A stretch of 64,000 nucleotides of DNA from Methanobacteriota archaeon (GTDB lineage: Archaea > Methanobacteriota > Methanobacteria > Methanobacteriales > Methanobacteriaceae). Shown here in pieces: positions 1-10,549 of the stretch. The notes below the pieces were generated by a model. The model saw only the letters and a program-made list of their open reading frames with translations. It was not told where the DNA came from and did no database searches. The stretch lies in contig CAWBCJ010000029.1 in NCBI GenBank assembly GCA_963787255.1, positions 384,001 to 448,000 on the forward strand, written 5' to 3'. Position 1 is the first letter of the stretch, and every line of letters begins with the position of its first letter. A program made the translations under genes and the position numbers.

Positions 1-279
1 CAAATTCGTACTGAGAAAAAACCGCTTACTTTATATGAGCAACAACTTTATATTGTTGAATCACTGCCAAATATTGGACCTGTAACTGCTAAAAAGCTTC
101 TTGAAGAATTTGGTTCTGTAAAAGAAGTTATTAATGCTTCTGAAAATGAATTAAAGAATGTAGAAGGAATTGGTAATAAAATAGCTCAAAAAATTAGAGA
201 AGTAGTAGGTTCAAGTTTCAGGCGAATTGGGGTTCCTAAAACAAGAAAATTAACTGAAATTGACGAGGAAAGTAAATAA
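1..279 (+). CDS. hef: 3' end of Hef/XPF (ERCC4) helicase-nuclease, tandem HhH domain (partial)
   Basis: Frame 1 reads [58 protein letters not shown]...*, which has two HhH motifs (LPNIG, VEGIG) typical of the ERCC4 C-terminus. Confidence 0.75.
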   Translation, partial: QIRTEKKPLTLYEQQLYIVESLPNIGPVTAKKLLEEFGSVKEVINASENELKNVEGIGNKIAQKIREVVGSSFRRIGVPKTRKLTEIDEESK

Positions 280-464
280 TAGTTCACAATTAAATGTATT
301 TCAGTTATAACTTAAAATTTAATTGGACTATGAATGAATTGAATTAAATTTTCCAATTAAAAAGTATCAAATTAACAAATAAATTTCATATATATGCACT
401 TTTATAAGAACATCAGCGAGATTTTATATTAAAATATAATTTAAATAACTGATTAATAGAAGGA

Positions 465-1202
465 GTGAAAATATTGAGGATCATAATGGACGAAAAGGGC
501 AAGAAATATGTTGCCAGAGAAGAGGAATTTCATACAAATTACGGCTTCATAACAAAAGAAGACATGGAAAACAGCATGCCTGGTGACACAATTAAAACCC
601 ATTTAGGACACGATTTCAAGGTTTTAAAGGCTAATATTAATGATTACATTGATTTAATGGAAAGAAAGTGTTCAATAATACTACCTAAGGATATTGGGAT
701 AATTACAGCCTACACGGGAATGGGATCCGGTGATCGAGTTGTTGATGCTGGAACAGGCGCCGGCGCCACAGCACTGCATTTTGGAAATATTGTTGGAGAT
801 AAAGGTGAAATTTACTCCTATGAAATCCGGGAAGACTTCAGCGAGATTTCAAAGCGTAATGTGGAGAAATTCGGGCTTAAAAATGTTCATATTAAATGCA
901 AGGATATAACCGAAGGAATAGAAGAGAATGATGTTGATATAGTATTTTTAGACCTTCCAAAGCCGTGGGATGTTGTTGAAAGTGCCAAAGAATCCATTAA
1001 AGCTGGCGGTTTTATTGCTACATATACTCCCTACATCGAACAGGTTCAAATACTGCACAGAGTGCTTAAAAAATTTGATTTTTCAAATTTAAATACTGTG
1101 GAATGTATTTTACGCGAAATTGAAGTTAAAAATAAGGGTACCAGGCCAAAAACAAGGGGAGCTGGACATACAGGATACCTGACTTTTGCTAGAAATTTAT
1201 AA
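465..1202 (+). CDS. trmI: tRNA (adenine-N1)-methyltransferase (TrmI/GCD14)
   Basis: IILPKD, DAGTGAG SAM motif, YEIRED, FLDLPKPW, RP...HTGYL. Confidence 0.92.
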   Translation: MKILRIIMDEKGKKYVAREEEFHTNYGFITKEDMENSMPGDTIKTHLGHDFKVLKANINDYIDLMERKCSIILPKDIGIITAYTGMGSGDRVVDAGTGAGATALHFGNIVGDKGEIYSYEIREDFSEISKRNVEKFGLKNVHIKCKDITEGIEENDVDIVFLDLPKPWDVVESAKESIKAGGFIATYTPYIEQVQILHRVLKKFDFSNLNTVECILREIEVKNKGTRPKTRGAGHTGYLTFARNL

Positions 1203-1294
1203 TAATGCAAGAGGATTATAATTAAATCAAAGAGAATAAATGCAGTTGCAAAAATTAACTCTTAAAGTTTAAAATAAGTTTAGATGGTGTATTT

Positions 1295-2209
1295 ATGGGC
1301 TTCAATCAAAAAGATATTATTTCAATAAGGGATTTTAACAAAAAAGATATAGAAAATATCCTTAAAATAGCAGAAGAAATGGAACCTATTGCCAGATCAG
1401 AAAAAAAATCAAATATTTTATCTGGAAAATTGTTGGGAATGCTCTTTTACGAACCATCAACCAGGACACGTTTATCCTTTGAAGCTGCTATGAAAAGGCT
1501 TGAGGGTAATACTATCGGATTTGCAGAGGCTGGAACAAGCTCTGCAACCAAAGGAGAAAATTTAAATGATACTGTCAGAATAGTTGGGGAATATTCAGAC
1601 GCGCTTGTTATAAGACATAATATGGAAGGAACCGCCCGATATGTGGCCAATATTGTGGACGTTCCTGTAATAAATGCGGGTGATGGTGCAGGACAACATC
1701 CTACTCAAACCTTGCTAGATCTATTTACAATGAAACGGATTCTTGGGAAAATTGACGGCTTGCACATAGCTTTACTTGGAGATCTTAAATATGGAAGAAC
1801 TGTTCACTCCTTGGCCTATGCACTGGCCATGTTTGACGTTGAAGTGAGTTTTGTATCTCCAAAGGAGCTTAAAATGCCAAGAGAAATACTTCATGACCTT
1901 GGAAAGAGTGGTGTGGAAGTATATGAAACTGAAGATGTTCATGACGTTTTGGACAAAACGGATGTGCTTTATGTGACAAGAATTCAAAAAGAAAGATTTC
2001 CTGATCCTACTGAATATTCAAGAATTAAAGGTGCTTATACTATTGATTCAAAACTCTTAGAAGGTAGTGATACCATTGTAATGCATCCACTGCCCCGTGT
2101 TGGTGAAATATCCCACGATGTGGATAATACAAAATATGGAAAATATTTTGAGCAGGCTTTTTATGGCGTGCCTGTTAGAATGGCTCTTTTAAAATCAATA
2201 ATAAAATAA
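1295..2209 (+). CDS. pyrB: aspartate carbamoyltransferase catalytic subunit
   Basis: [35 protein letters not shown] motifs. Confidence 0.97.
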   Translation: MGFNQKDIISIRDFNKKDIENILKIAEEMEPIARSEKKSNILSGKLLGMLFYEPSTRTRLSFEAAMKRLEGNTIGFAEAGTSSATKGENLNDTVRIVGEYSDALVIRHNMEGTARYVANIVDVPVINAGDGAGQHPTQTLLDLFTMKRILGKIDGLHIALLGDLKYGRTVHSLAYALAMFDVEVSFVSPKELKMPREILHDLGKSGVEVYETEDVHDVLDKTDVLYVTRIQKERFPDPTEYSRIKGAYTIDSKLLEGSDTIVMHPLPRVGEISHDVDNTKYGKYFEQAFYGVPVRMALLKSIIK

Positions 2210-2275
2210 ATCTTTATTTTTTCCAAAAAAAAGTAATTAATAAAAATTTTTAAGAAAGAGAATTTCAAGTTAAAA

Positions 2276-3424
2276 TTATGCACTCCACATGGCATCTTCA
2301 AGGAGATTGAGTTCACATTGAATGTCAATTATGTTTGTTCTTCCTTTTCCTCTGCCTCTGGAGATTGTTTTTGTCGAAATTAGCCCTAGCATTTCAAGTT
2401 CGTTTATAAAGTCAAATATTCTTCTATATGAAACAGAATCTCCCTTGGAGACTTCTTTATAGACTTCATAAAGTCTTCCTGATGTTATTTCTTCTTTTCG
2501 CTTGGTTAGATAAAGAAGTGACTCTAAAACTTTCTGCTGTTGGCTTGGTAGAGTCATTATAATATCTGTAACCTTATTATGTTCAATATAGTCCTTTGCT
2601 TCCCTTACATATTCTTCTTCAACAAGTTCTGAGCATTTTTCATCGGCAAGTTCACCTGAAGTTCTAAGAAGATCTAGAGCGTACCTTGCATCACCTTCTT
2701 CTTTTGCAGCCATAGCGGCACAAAGTGGAATTACATTATCATTTAACACATTTTCTCTAAAGGACATTTCAGACCTTTCTTCTAAAATATCAACAAGCTG
2801 TTGCGCGTTGTAGGGTGGGAAAACAATTTCTCGATCTCTTAAACTGCTTTTTACACGTGGTTTAATGAACTTTTTGAATTCAACATAGTTACTTATGGAT
2901 GCAATGGCAACGTTTTCGGTCCTGGTGAGAGTGTAAAGAAGTCCGTCACCGTCATTTTTTAATAATATATCAATTTCATCAAGAAGAATGATTAATATGA
3001 GATCCTTTCCAAAAACATTCTTTTTAAAAAGATTTCTGAATGATTGAATAACTTCAGCCTTTGTCCAGCCCCTGTAAGGGACATTTTGGCCTAATTTTTG
3101 GCATACATGAGCTATAACCTGGTATTCTGTGGTGTAATCTGTACATCTCACATATTCGACCCTAACATTCATGTTCTTGTCCTTCGCCACCTCTAACAAT
3201 TGTTTCTTTGCAAATTTTACCACTGCGGTTTTTCCAGTTCCTGTTTTACCATATATTGTTATATCTGGTGGAGTTACATTTTTTAGTGCCTCAATCCAGT
3301 ATTTGGCAACAGATCTTATTTGTTCCTCTCTATGTGGTAATTTATCCGGTAAAAACCGGTGATCCAGGAATTTTTTACATTTAAAAACAGTATTTTTTTC
3401 TCCAAGCTCTTCAAAGATATTCAT
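2276..3424 (-). CDS. cdc6: Orc1/Cdc6 replication initiator
   Basis: Walker A GKTGTGKT, Walker [17 protein letters not shown] sensor, C-terminal wHTH with GRGKGRT; adjacent to ORB cluster. Confidence 0.97.
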   Translation of the reverse strand: MNIFEELGEKNTVFKCKKFLDHRFLPDKLPHREEQIRSVAKYWIEALKNVTPPDITIYGKTGTGKTAVVKFAKKQLLEVAKDKNMNVRVEYVRCTDYTTEYQVIAHVCQKLGQNVPYRGWTKAEVIQSFRNLFKKNVFGKDLILIILLDEIDILLKNDGDGLLYTLTRTENVAIASISNYVEFKKFIKPRVKSSLRDREIVFPPYNAQQLVDILEERSEMSFRENVLNDNVIPLCAAMAAKEEGDARYALDLLRTSGELADEKCSELVEEEYVREAKDYIEHNKVTDIIMTLPSQQQKVLESLLYLTKRKEEITSGRLYEVYKEVSKGDSVSYRRIFDFINELEMLGLISTKTISRGRGKGRTNIIDIQCELNLLEDAMWSA

Positions 3425-3498
3425 TTAAACCACTCTATTATAATTATAAGAAGCTAGTGATATTCATAAGCTTCAAAGTTGTGAGGGAGAAGACATAG

Positions 3499-3544
3499 TT
3501 ACACTTGCAATATTTTTACACTTGAAACACTTGAAATGTTTCTC
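3499..3544 (+). repeat. ORB elements in TTACACTTG orientation, in the cdc6 upstream region
   Basis: TTACACTTGCAAT (3499-3511), TTACACTTGAAAC (3516-3528), overlapping ACACTTGAAATGTTTCTC (to 3544). Confidence 0.8.
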
Positions 3545-3586
3545 CGTCTATAACATTGTTTTTCAACAATATAAATGTTCAAAGAG

Positions 3587-3732
3587 AGACGTGCATTTCA
3601 AGTGTAAAATTATTATATTTTAAAAAATATTTATTACTTTTCTACAGAATAAGACGTGCATTTCAAGTGTAAAAAACTTTGGGTGCCAAAAAATTTCATT
3701 TCAACTAAGAGACGTGCATTTCAAGTGTAAAA
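3587..3732 (-). repeat. three identical extended ORBs
   Basis: AGACGTGCATTTCAAGTGTAAAA at 3587-3609, 3652-3674 and 3710-3732. Confidence 0.92.
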
Positions 3733-3947
3733 AATATTTTTAAATGAAAATTCCAGTTGTTTGTAATAATAAAATATTTAAACTTATTAATTATTTTAAT
3801 GTTATCATTATTATCCAAAATTTAAGTGTTTAAAAACATGATAACTACTGCATTACCCTTATTTTTATTTAAAAACTGTAATAAACATTTTTTTTATCAA
3901 ATAGGAAAACATTAGAATTTTTCAAAAACAATATTGAATATAGATAT

Positions 3948-4243
3948 AGAGACATCAATTTCAAGTGTAACAAAAAATCTTGATAATAAAACTGAAAATT
4001 AGCTATTGTTTCAAGTGTAAAAAGATTTAGTACATTAATTAATCAGTTATCAATTACTAACACCTAAATACTACAAAACCAAGTACAATATTTTTTCCAT
4101 TTTAAGAGTTATTTTCAAAATTAACATAAATTTCAAGTGTAAATATTTAATTTTAAATTGGAGTAAGTGCTCACCAACGATTGCAAGTGTAAATTAAACA
4201 TAATAATAAAAATCAAGTAAAAAAACACATATTTCAATTGTAA
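3948..4243 (-). repeat. additional ORB/mini-ORB copies
   Basis: AGAGACATCAATTTCAAGTGTAA 3948-3970; TTTCAAGTGTAA 4009-4020; ATTTCAAGTGTAA 4130-4142; ATTGCAAGTGTAA 4180-4192; degenerate ATTTCAATTGTAA 4231-4243. Confidence 0.85.
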
Positions 4244-4918
4244 AAACACTCTAAATGTTTCCATGAATTCATTTTCAGAGTAAAAAAATTAAATATTTTG
4301 AATTTTATTAAATAGATTATTAAAGATAGTCAAATTTGTTTATAGACCAAATTTCTAACTAAAGTGTAAACCAAACAAATAATTAAAAATAATAAAAAAA
4401 ATAATTATCTTCTACATTTAGATCTTGAAAAAAAGAAGTAATATCGAATTATAATCTCAAAAGAACATATAAAGCAAGTTTATAATGTAATTATATAAAC
4501 ATTTTTTAATTCTGTTTATCTAAAAAATAAAAAATGTTGAATATCTATATCAACAGAAAGTATCTTTAACTTTCAGCTGTATTTTTATTTAGAGAATATC
4601 AATATTACTGTTTATTATCTAATTTAAAAAATTAACAAATTTTTAGTCTCATTAAACTATTTTATTGTAAAGATCTCTATTCATATTAACCATTTTATAA
4701 ATATAACACTTTTTGGGATTTATTTCGTTTTTATTACTAAAAATAACTTATATTCTATAATAACATTTTTCAAGATATTTTTCCGTTGATTCTCTATTAA
4801 AATAGAGAATTTACCTGTTAAACAATTTCATTATTTAAAAAGATAATAAATTATATTTCATGAAATAAAGAATTTTTCATTCAGTATAGCATTATTTCAT
4901 ACATATTAATCGTTTTAG

Positions 4919-4940
4919 AAGACATCCATTTCAAGTGTAA
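4919..4940 (-). repeat. extended ORB
   Basis: AAGACATCCATTTCAAGTGTAA. Confidence 0.85.
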
Positions 4941-5100
4941 CTTTTCAAAAAATATTTTGAAAATAACGATATTTTATATCTATTATAATGTAAAAATCAA
5001 TATGACAAAATAAAAATGAATAACTCATGAACAAAATTGCCAGTTAGTCAAAGCAATATTCAAAGAAGTGTTAAATCCAATAATTCAAGTGTTCAATATT

Positions 5101-5445
5101 GAAGAAGGTTTAAACCTGAAAACTATTTTAAATGGTCTAATCTTTGGGTTAATACCTACTATAATCGATCCTCAGTTCTTAAATTGGCTTCTATTCATAT
5201 TATTGTTTTAATTACTGATTTTGTTGCAGGCGGAAAAATTAAAACATGAATAATAAATAGTTCGATATAAAATATTGTTCTTCTATTTATAGTTGTAAAG
5301 AAGCGTTTACTTACTAGGTTTAATGTACAGTTCTATACATATTTCATTTATTAAACCTGATTTAGCTCTTCTACTAATTGTAGCGGAAATATTAAGGGCA
5401 TTTGAAGGATTAAGTGGATCATATATTAAAAAAGAAATTTACTAA
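5101..5445 (+). pseudogene. decayed small membrane protein gene (DUF5518-like) inside the origin region
   Basis: Interrupted frames ...LKTILNGLIFGLIPTIIDPQFLNWLLFILLF* / ..DFVAGGKIK.. / ..LALLLIVAEILRAFEGLSGSYIKKEIY* resemble the Gly-rich hydrophobic DUF5518 pattern. Confidence 0.35.
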
Positions 5446-5550
5446 TGAACAAGCACATGAAGAAAATACAAATTAAATTGTTTTCAACATTTTTTATTAT
5501 AAATTTATAATAAATTATTTTAAAATTATTTTATGATGCTTTTTTGTTGA

Positions 5551-5571
5551 TACACTTGAAATGCACGTCTT
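5551..5571 (+). repeat. extended ORB, inverted relative to the 3587-4940 copies
   Basis: TACACTTGAAATGCACGTCTT is the exact reverse complement of the 3651-3671 copy. Confidence 0.92.
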
Positions 5572-5740
5572 ACTTACTAAAATAAAATTTTTAAATAATT
5601 TTTTAACTTTTGAAATTTATTTCTTATTCTAACACCATATTTCTAAATGCTTTAAAAATCTTAAAAATCGAAATTTATAGATAAAAATAGTTTAAAAATT
5701 AAATAAAGATTCATGTATCCTTAAAAACTAATAAAATAGC

Positions 5741-6229
5741 TTAAACATACATATTATCTTGTTGTGTACTTGGTGTTCCTTCTTCTTGTACACCAAATTC
5801 CATCTGTATTTTCCATATTCCTTGGAGTTTTGCACGGAAGATCTTCTTTACACTGGAAATCAACCTGTCTTTGCTTAAACCATCTTCAAAAATTTCATCT
5901 GTAATTAGAAAACTTTGAAGCACATTTTCTGGATGTTGAAGTTGGAAATCAACAAAATGGTTGTTTAAAAGGAATCTGAATTCCCACATGAATTTCTCCC
6001 TTTTTTCAGGTTTTAGTTTTTTAATTTCTGTTTGATGTTCAGGGCTTACATTGGTTGCACAGGCTATTAAAACCATATCATTCTTCCCTTTTGGCTGAAT
6101 CACGTCTAAAACATGGCTTTCAGGATAATTTATTATGAAATGGAAATTTGTATTGTCATCAGGAACCTTCTGCCTGAAGAGTCCCTCATCAGAGAACCAT
6201 TTTTGAACTTTATTTTCAATTTTTGACAT
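5741..6229 (-). CDS. DUF2299 family conserved archaeal protein
   Basis: KVQKWFSDEGL start, FHFIINYP, IFEDGLSKDRL; usual neighbour of the Methanobacteriales origin. Confidence 0.75.
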   Translation of the reverse strand: MSKIENKVQKWFSDEGLFRQKVPDDNTNFHFIINYPESHVLDVIQPKGKNDMVLIACATNVSPEHQTEIKKLKPEKREKFMWEFRFLLNNHFVDFQLQHPENVLQSFLITDEIFEDGLSKDRLISSVKKIFRAKLQGIWKIQMEFGVQEEGTPSTQQDNMYV

Positions 6230-6245
6230 TTTTATACCTACTTTA

Positions 6246-6257
6246 ATTTCAAGTGTA
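6246..6257 (-). repeat. mini-ORB just upstream of the DUF2299 gene
   Basis: ATTTCAAGTGTA. Confidence 0.6.
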
Positions 6258-6519
6258 TGCTATTTGACTCTATTTTTATCAACAGTTAATATATTTAGTT
6301 GTGTAATTAAATAATTTTATTAAATAAAATTTAACAGTAAAATTATATTTAATAAGCAAATTTGCTTTTAATAAATTAAATCATGTTTACTATGCCTATT
6401 AATAGGTTATATATTATGAAATACATTAAAAAACAATATATAAACTGCTTTAAAATTGAATAATGTTTTTAAATAGTGTTTAAATTAATAAAAAAAATAA
6501 TTTTTACTAAAGGGATTGT

Positions 6520-7458
6520 ATGGACTTTCAACCAACTATTTTACTTATAATATTGATAGCTTTGATTATGGACATCTTATTCGGAGAATTTCCTGCCAAA
6601 ATACACCCTGTAGTTTGGATGGGAAAATTGATAGACATATTGAAAGGTTATTTAATTAATTATAGAAGTAAAATCTCAGGAATAATATTAACATTTGTTT
6701 TACTAATTACGTTTACACTTGCAACATATGTCTTAATCTCTTTGTCGGCACTAAATTATATTCTTTATATTTTGGTTTCTTCGATTATTTTAACAACCAC
6801 ATTTGCAATTAAAGCTCTTTTTAGCTCTGCTGAAGGTATAAAAAAAGATCTTGAGCACGATATTGACACAGCAAGAAAAAGCATGTCTTATCTTGTAAGT
6901 AGGGACACTATTAATCTTTCAAGTGAAGAAATTGTTTCAGCTACGATTGAAACGTTAACAGAAAACATTACAGATTCTGTTACAGCGCCTTTATTTTATA
7001 CCTTTCTTTTCGGAGTTCTAGGAGCGGTGGCTTATAGAGTTGTAAATACACTTGATGCTATGGTGGGCTATAAAAAACCAGAAACAATTAAAATTGGATG
7101 GTTTCCTGCAAAACTGGACGATATTTTAAATTATTTGCCTGCAAGGATTACAGGAATACTGGTTGTGATTGCTGCAGTTTTTCTGCACCTGGACTGGAAA
7201 AATTCATATAAAATAATGATTAGAGATGCCAGAAAACCCGATAGTCCAAATTCAGGATATTCAATGGCTGCAACAGCTGGCGCTCTTGGAATTAAACTTA
7301 AAAAAATAGGTTATTATGAAATTGGAGATGATATAAATCCATTAAATACTGACAGAATCTCTGATGCAATACTACTTACTAAAGTTACCATAATTTTATT
7401 TTTAATATTTACATTTATTATATGTTTTATTATAACAATTGCTCTAAATTTTATTTAA
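6520..7458 (+). CDS. cbiB: adenosylcobinamide-phosphate synthase CbiB/CobD
   Basis: HPVVWMG, LVSRDT, ENITDSVTAPLFY, YRVVNTLDAMVGY, SPNSG. Confidence 0.93.
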   Translation: MDFQPTILLIILIALIMDILFGEFPAKIHPVVWMGKLIDILKGYLINYRSKISGIILTFVLLITFTLATYVLISLSALNYILYILVSSIILTTTFAIKALFSSAEGIKKDLEHDIDTARKSMSYLVSRDTINLSSEEIVSATIETLTENITDSVTAPLFYTFLFGVLGAVAYRVVNTLDAMVGYKKPETIKIGWFPAKLDDILNYLPARITGILVVIAAVFLHLDWKNSYKIMIRDARKPDSPNSGYSMAATAGALGIKLKKIGYYEIGDDINPLNTDRISDAILLTKVTIILFLIFTFIICFIITIALNFI

Positions 7459-7624
7459 TTAGAAAATAAAGTCATTAATTTGATAATATGGAATATCACT
7501 GAAATAATCAATCATTTTAGTTTATTCAATCAGTTTTTAGAATATAATTTAAAATTAGATGTATTATAGTCTACGTAATAATTAAGCTCATTTTGTAAAA
7601 TTTTGTCTATATCTATAATATTGC

Positions 7625-8290
7625 TTATTTACTGAATAAATCAATAATTTTCTTTATATAACCTGTTCTTATGAGAATGGAAACCTTAACACCCTCATTT
7701 ATAATTGTATCCTGCATTGGAATCTTTATTTTCCCGTTTTCGTGCAGTGCAACAATTATATAATTGGGATTAGGGCTTAAATCACCAATTTTTTTACCTA
7801 TCACTGATTTATTTGTAACGGTGATATCCAGTAGTTCAGCGTCACCTTTCCCTAAAACAACTAAATCCGCAATTTTAGGCCTTAAAATAATTTTTTCAAG
7901 ATAACTAGCAGCTGTGAGCTCTGGACTAATAGCTGAATCAATTCCAGCCCTTTTAAATGCTTCAATATGGTTATAATCACTTACTCGTGCTATAATTTTG
8001 GGTACATCGTATCCTTTTACAAGAATACAGGAAAGTAGATTAACTTCATCATTTCCTGTAGCTGCAACGAACACATCAGCATCTTCTATACTTGCTTCTT
8101 TTAGGGTCTTAGTATCTGTACCGTTTCCACAGATTACAAGTGCGTCCAGTCCTGTAGCTGCTTTATTACATAATCCAACATCGTTTTCAATGAGGGTAAC
8201 ATCTTGATCATCAGAAATTAGAAAAGAGGCGAGATTTAACCCTACGCGCCCTCCCCCAAGTATAACCACATACATTTTACTCTCCAGCAT
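7625..8290 (-). CDS. trkA: Trk potassium uptake NAD-binding regulatory subunit (TrkA-N + TrkA-C)
   Basis: GGGRVG Rossmann motif, [17 protein letters not shown]. Confidence 0.88.
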   Translation of the reverse strand: MLESKMYVVILGGGRVGLNLASFLISDDQDVTLIENDVGLCNKAATGLDALVICGNGTDTKTLKEASIEDADVFVAATGNDEVNLLSCILVKGYDVPKIIARVSDYNHIEAFKRAGIDSAISPELTAASYLEKIILRPKIADLVVLGKGDAELLDITVTNKSVIGKKIGDLSPNPNYIIVALHENGKIKIPMQDTIINEGVKVSILIRTGYIKKIIDLFSK

Positions 8291-8399
8291 CCTTATTTAA
8301 CTGCTGATAATTTCTAAAAATTTAATTTATAGAAATACTAATCATTAATCTATACGGTAGGAAATATTTATAATTGCTGAATTTAATTTGAGGTAGAAA

Positions 8400-9392
8400 A
8401 TGAAAATAGCCATAATTACAATAACTGAAGACGCCCAAAAGCTCGCAATAAATCTTGCTGAGGAGTTAAAGATGGACCCAACAGTAATTTCTATTAAGAT
8501 ATTTAATAAAAATGTTAAAAAAGCTTTAATTGATGCTTTTAATGGATATGATTGCATATTAGGTATTATGGCAGCGGGAATTATGGTGAGGAATATATGC
8601 ACTCTCATTAAAAATAAAATGGAAGATCCAGCAGTTCTGGTTATGGATGATCAGGGTAAACACGTTATAAGCCTGCTTTCAGGACATTTTGGTGGAGCTA
8701 ATGATATTGCACTTAAAATAGCAGAAATTTCAGCTGCAGAACCTGTAATAACGACATCTACCGATGCACACGGTAAAATAGGGATAGACTCACTTGCAAG
8801 GAAATATTATCTTGACATTGATGATTATAAAAAGATAAAAGCAATTAATTCGGCTTTGATTAATAATAAAAAGGTTGATTTGTGTGTTCCATCAAAATAT
8901 GAATTTATTTTTAGAGATCCAATGGTTAATAAATCTTATAATAAGTATGAATCATTGAATAAGGACTTAAAAGCTATTCATGAAGAAGATTCTGTTACTT
9001 TAAAGCCTAAAAAGATTGTTTTTGGGATTGGTGCACGTAAAGGGATATCAAAGAATAAAGTGCAGAATGCTGTTTATGAGACAATTAAATTACTTAAATT
9101 ATCTCCTGAACGGATAGATTCATTTGCAACAGGAGAAATGAAGAAAAATGAGTTAGGGATAGTTCAAATGGCTTCAATTTTAGAAGTACCTCTTGAGATA
9201 GTTACAGTTGACCAGATTAAATCTTTTCAGAGTCATGATATTTCGTCTTCAGAATTTGTAGAAAAGAAATTTGGTATTCCTGGAGTCTGCGAACCAGCGG
9301 CTTTAATAGCAGCTGGGGAAAATTCAAGACTTATATTCAAAAAAACATCGTATAATGGAGTTACAGTTGCAGCTGCAGTTTCTTCTAACTGA
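8400..9392 (+). CDS. cbiG: cobalt-precorrin-5A hydrolase
   Basis: DPAVLVMD, SLLSGHFGGAN, VITTSTD, GIGARKG, GVCEPAAL. Confidence 0.93.
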   Translation: MKIAIITITEDAQKLAINLAEELKMDPTVISIKIFNKNVKKALIDAFNGYDCILGIMAAGIMVRNICTLIKNKMEDPAVLVMDDQGKHVISLLSGHFGGANDIALKIAEISAAEPVITTSTDAHGKIGIDSLARKYYLDIDDYKKIKAINSALINNKKVDLCVPSKYEFIFRDPMVNKSYNKYESLNKDLKAIHEEDSVTLKPKKIVFGIGARKGISKNKVQNAVYETIKLLKLSPERIDSFATGEMKKNELGIVQMASILEVPLEIVTVDQIKSFQSHDISSSEFVEKKFGIPGVCEPAALIAAGENSRLIFKKTSYNGVTVAAAVSSN

Positions 9393-9538
9393 TTAATTTA
9401 TTCTGTATGTTTTTCATGTGTTTAATTGAAGTATTATAACAATTATATACCAAAAGGTTTTTAGTTTAAGAAAATATAAAATAGGATAATTAGACTATTT
9501 TACATATTATCTAGTTTGATTATTACGGAGGTTTTATT

Positions 9539-9793
9539 ATGAACGAAGAATCATTTAATCGGGTTAATGACATATTACGCCATATAATGGAAGATACAAG
9601 TGTTCCAAGGAATATTAGAAGGGCAGCAGAAGAATCTAAGAATATTTTAGGTAAGGATGACGACGAACCAACAATTCGTGCAAGTACAGTGATTTCAATA
9701 CTTGATGAAATTAGTAATGATCCTAACATTCCTATACATGCAAGAACTCTTATTTGGAATGTTTTAAGTGAATTAGAGTCTGTTAGAGAGTAA
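9539..9793 (+). CDS. UPF0147 family protein
   Basis: [29 protein letters not shown]. Confidence 0.9.
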   Translation: MNEESFNRVNDILRHIMEDTSVPRNIRRAAEESKNILGKDDDEPTIRASTVISILDEISNDPNIPIHARTLIWNVLSELESVRE

Positions 9794-9899
9794 TTTTTAA
9801 ATTTAATACTTGATTTAACTAATTTTAAATAAAAAAAATTTCAGCAATTTGCTGACATTTTAAAAACTTCTTTTATATTCTATTTTTTTTAAGTTCGAT

Positions 9900-10490
9900 T
9901 TATTCAATTTTTAAGCTCAAAAGATGAGCAATAAATTGTGTTTTAGCGATATCTTCGATAAATTCTGCTAATAGTGTTGCTTCACTTAAATTCACACCAG
10001 CAGTAACAACTCCATGATTTTTTAAAACTACAGCATCTTCATCTTTCATCATTTGTGCTGTATCATTTGCAAGTTCGCTGCTGCCTGGCCTGGAATACTT
10101 TACTGAAGAAATATAATGATTTTCAATCTTGCCGAAACCTTCTAACCGTTTTATTTTTTTTCCAGACATTGAAAAGCCTGTTGCATGCGGTGAATGGGTA
10201 TGTACTACTGCATTTATATCTTTTCTTTCATTGTATATTCCAAGATGAAGAAAGGTCTCTGATGATGGATGTTTTTCTCCTTCAAGGACATTTCCATCCA
10301 TATCTATAATTATAATGTCCTTGATTCCCACCATTCCTTTTGAAATACCGCTTTTAGTAATGGCTACCTTTGAAGTGTCATCATCATAAAATCTACAGCT
10401 TATGTTCCCGGATTTACCTGGAGTAAGACCTTTATTGTAAATGAAGTGCGAAGCATCAACTAGATCTTGTAAAATTTCTTCTTTAACCAT
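9900..10490 (-). CDS. class II aldolase/adducin family (fuculose-1-phosphate aldolase-like)
   Basis: SGNIS, PSSETFLH, HTHS, LKNHGVV. Confidence 0.88.
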   Translation of the reverse strand: MVKEEILQDLVDASHFIYNKGLTPGKSGNISCRFYDDDTSKVAITKSGISKGMVGIKDIIIIDMDGNVLEGEKHPSSETFLHLGIYNERKDINAVVHTHSPHATGFSMSGKKIKRLEGFGKIENHYISSVKYSRPGSSELANDTAQMMKDEDAVVLKNHGVVTAGVNLSEATLLAEFIEDIAKTQFIAHLLSLKIE

Positions 10491-10549
10491 CTAAATTCCT
10501 CTTTTAGCTGAAATATGTTTAATTATTGTATAGAAAAATTTGTTTAAAC

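Larger units (their letters stand above)
3425..5740. other. chromosomal replication origin (oriC)
   Basis: Long, extremely AT-rich non-coding region directly upstream of cdc6 with more than 10 copies of ATTTCAAGTGTAA/TTACACTTGAAAT, the Methanobacteriales mini-ORB type. Confidence 0.9.

Noticed and set aside
3587-3732. Three identical 23-bp repeats with 42- and 35-nt spacers resembling a mini-CRISPR array
   Set aside because: The repeat core is the ORB, recurs irregularly in both orientations next to cdc6, the spacers are low-complexity AT DNA, and no cas genes are present
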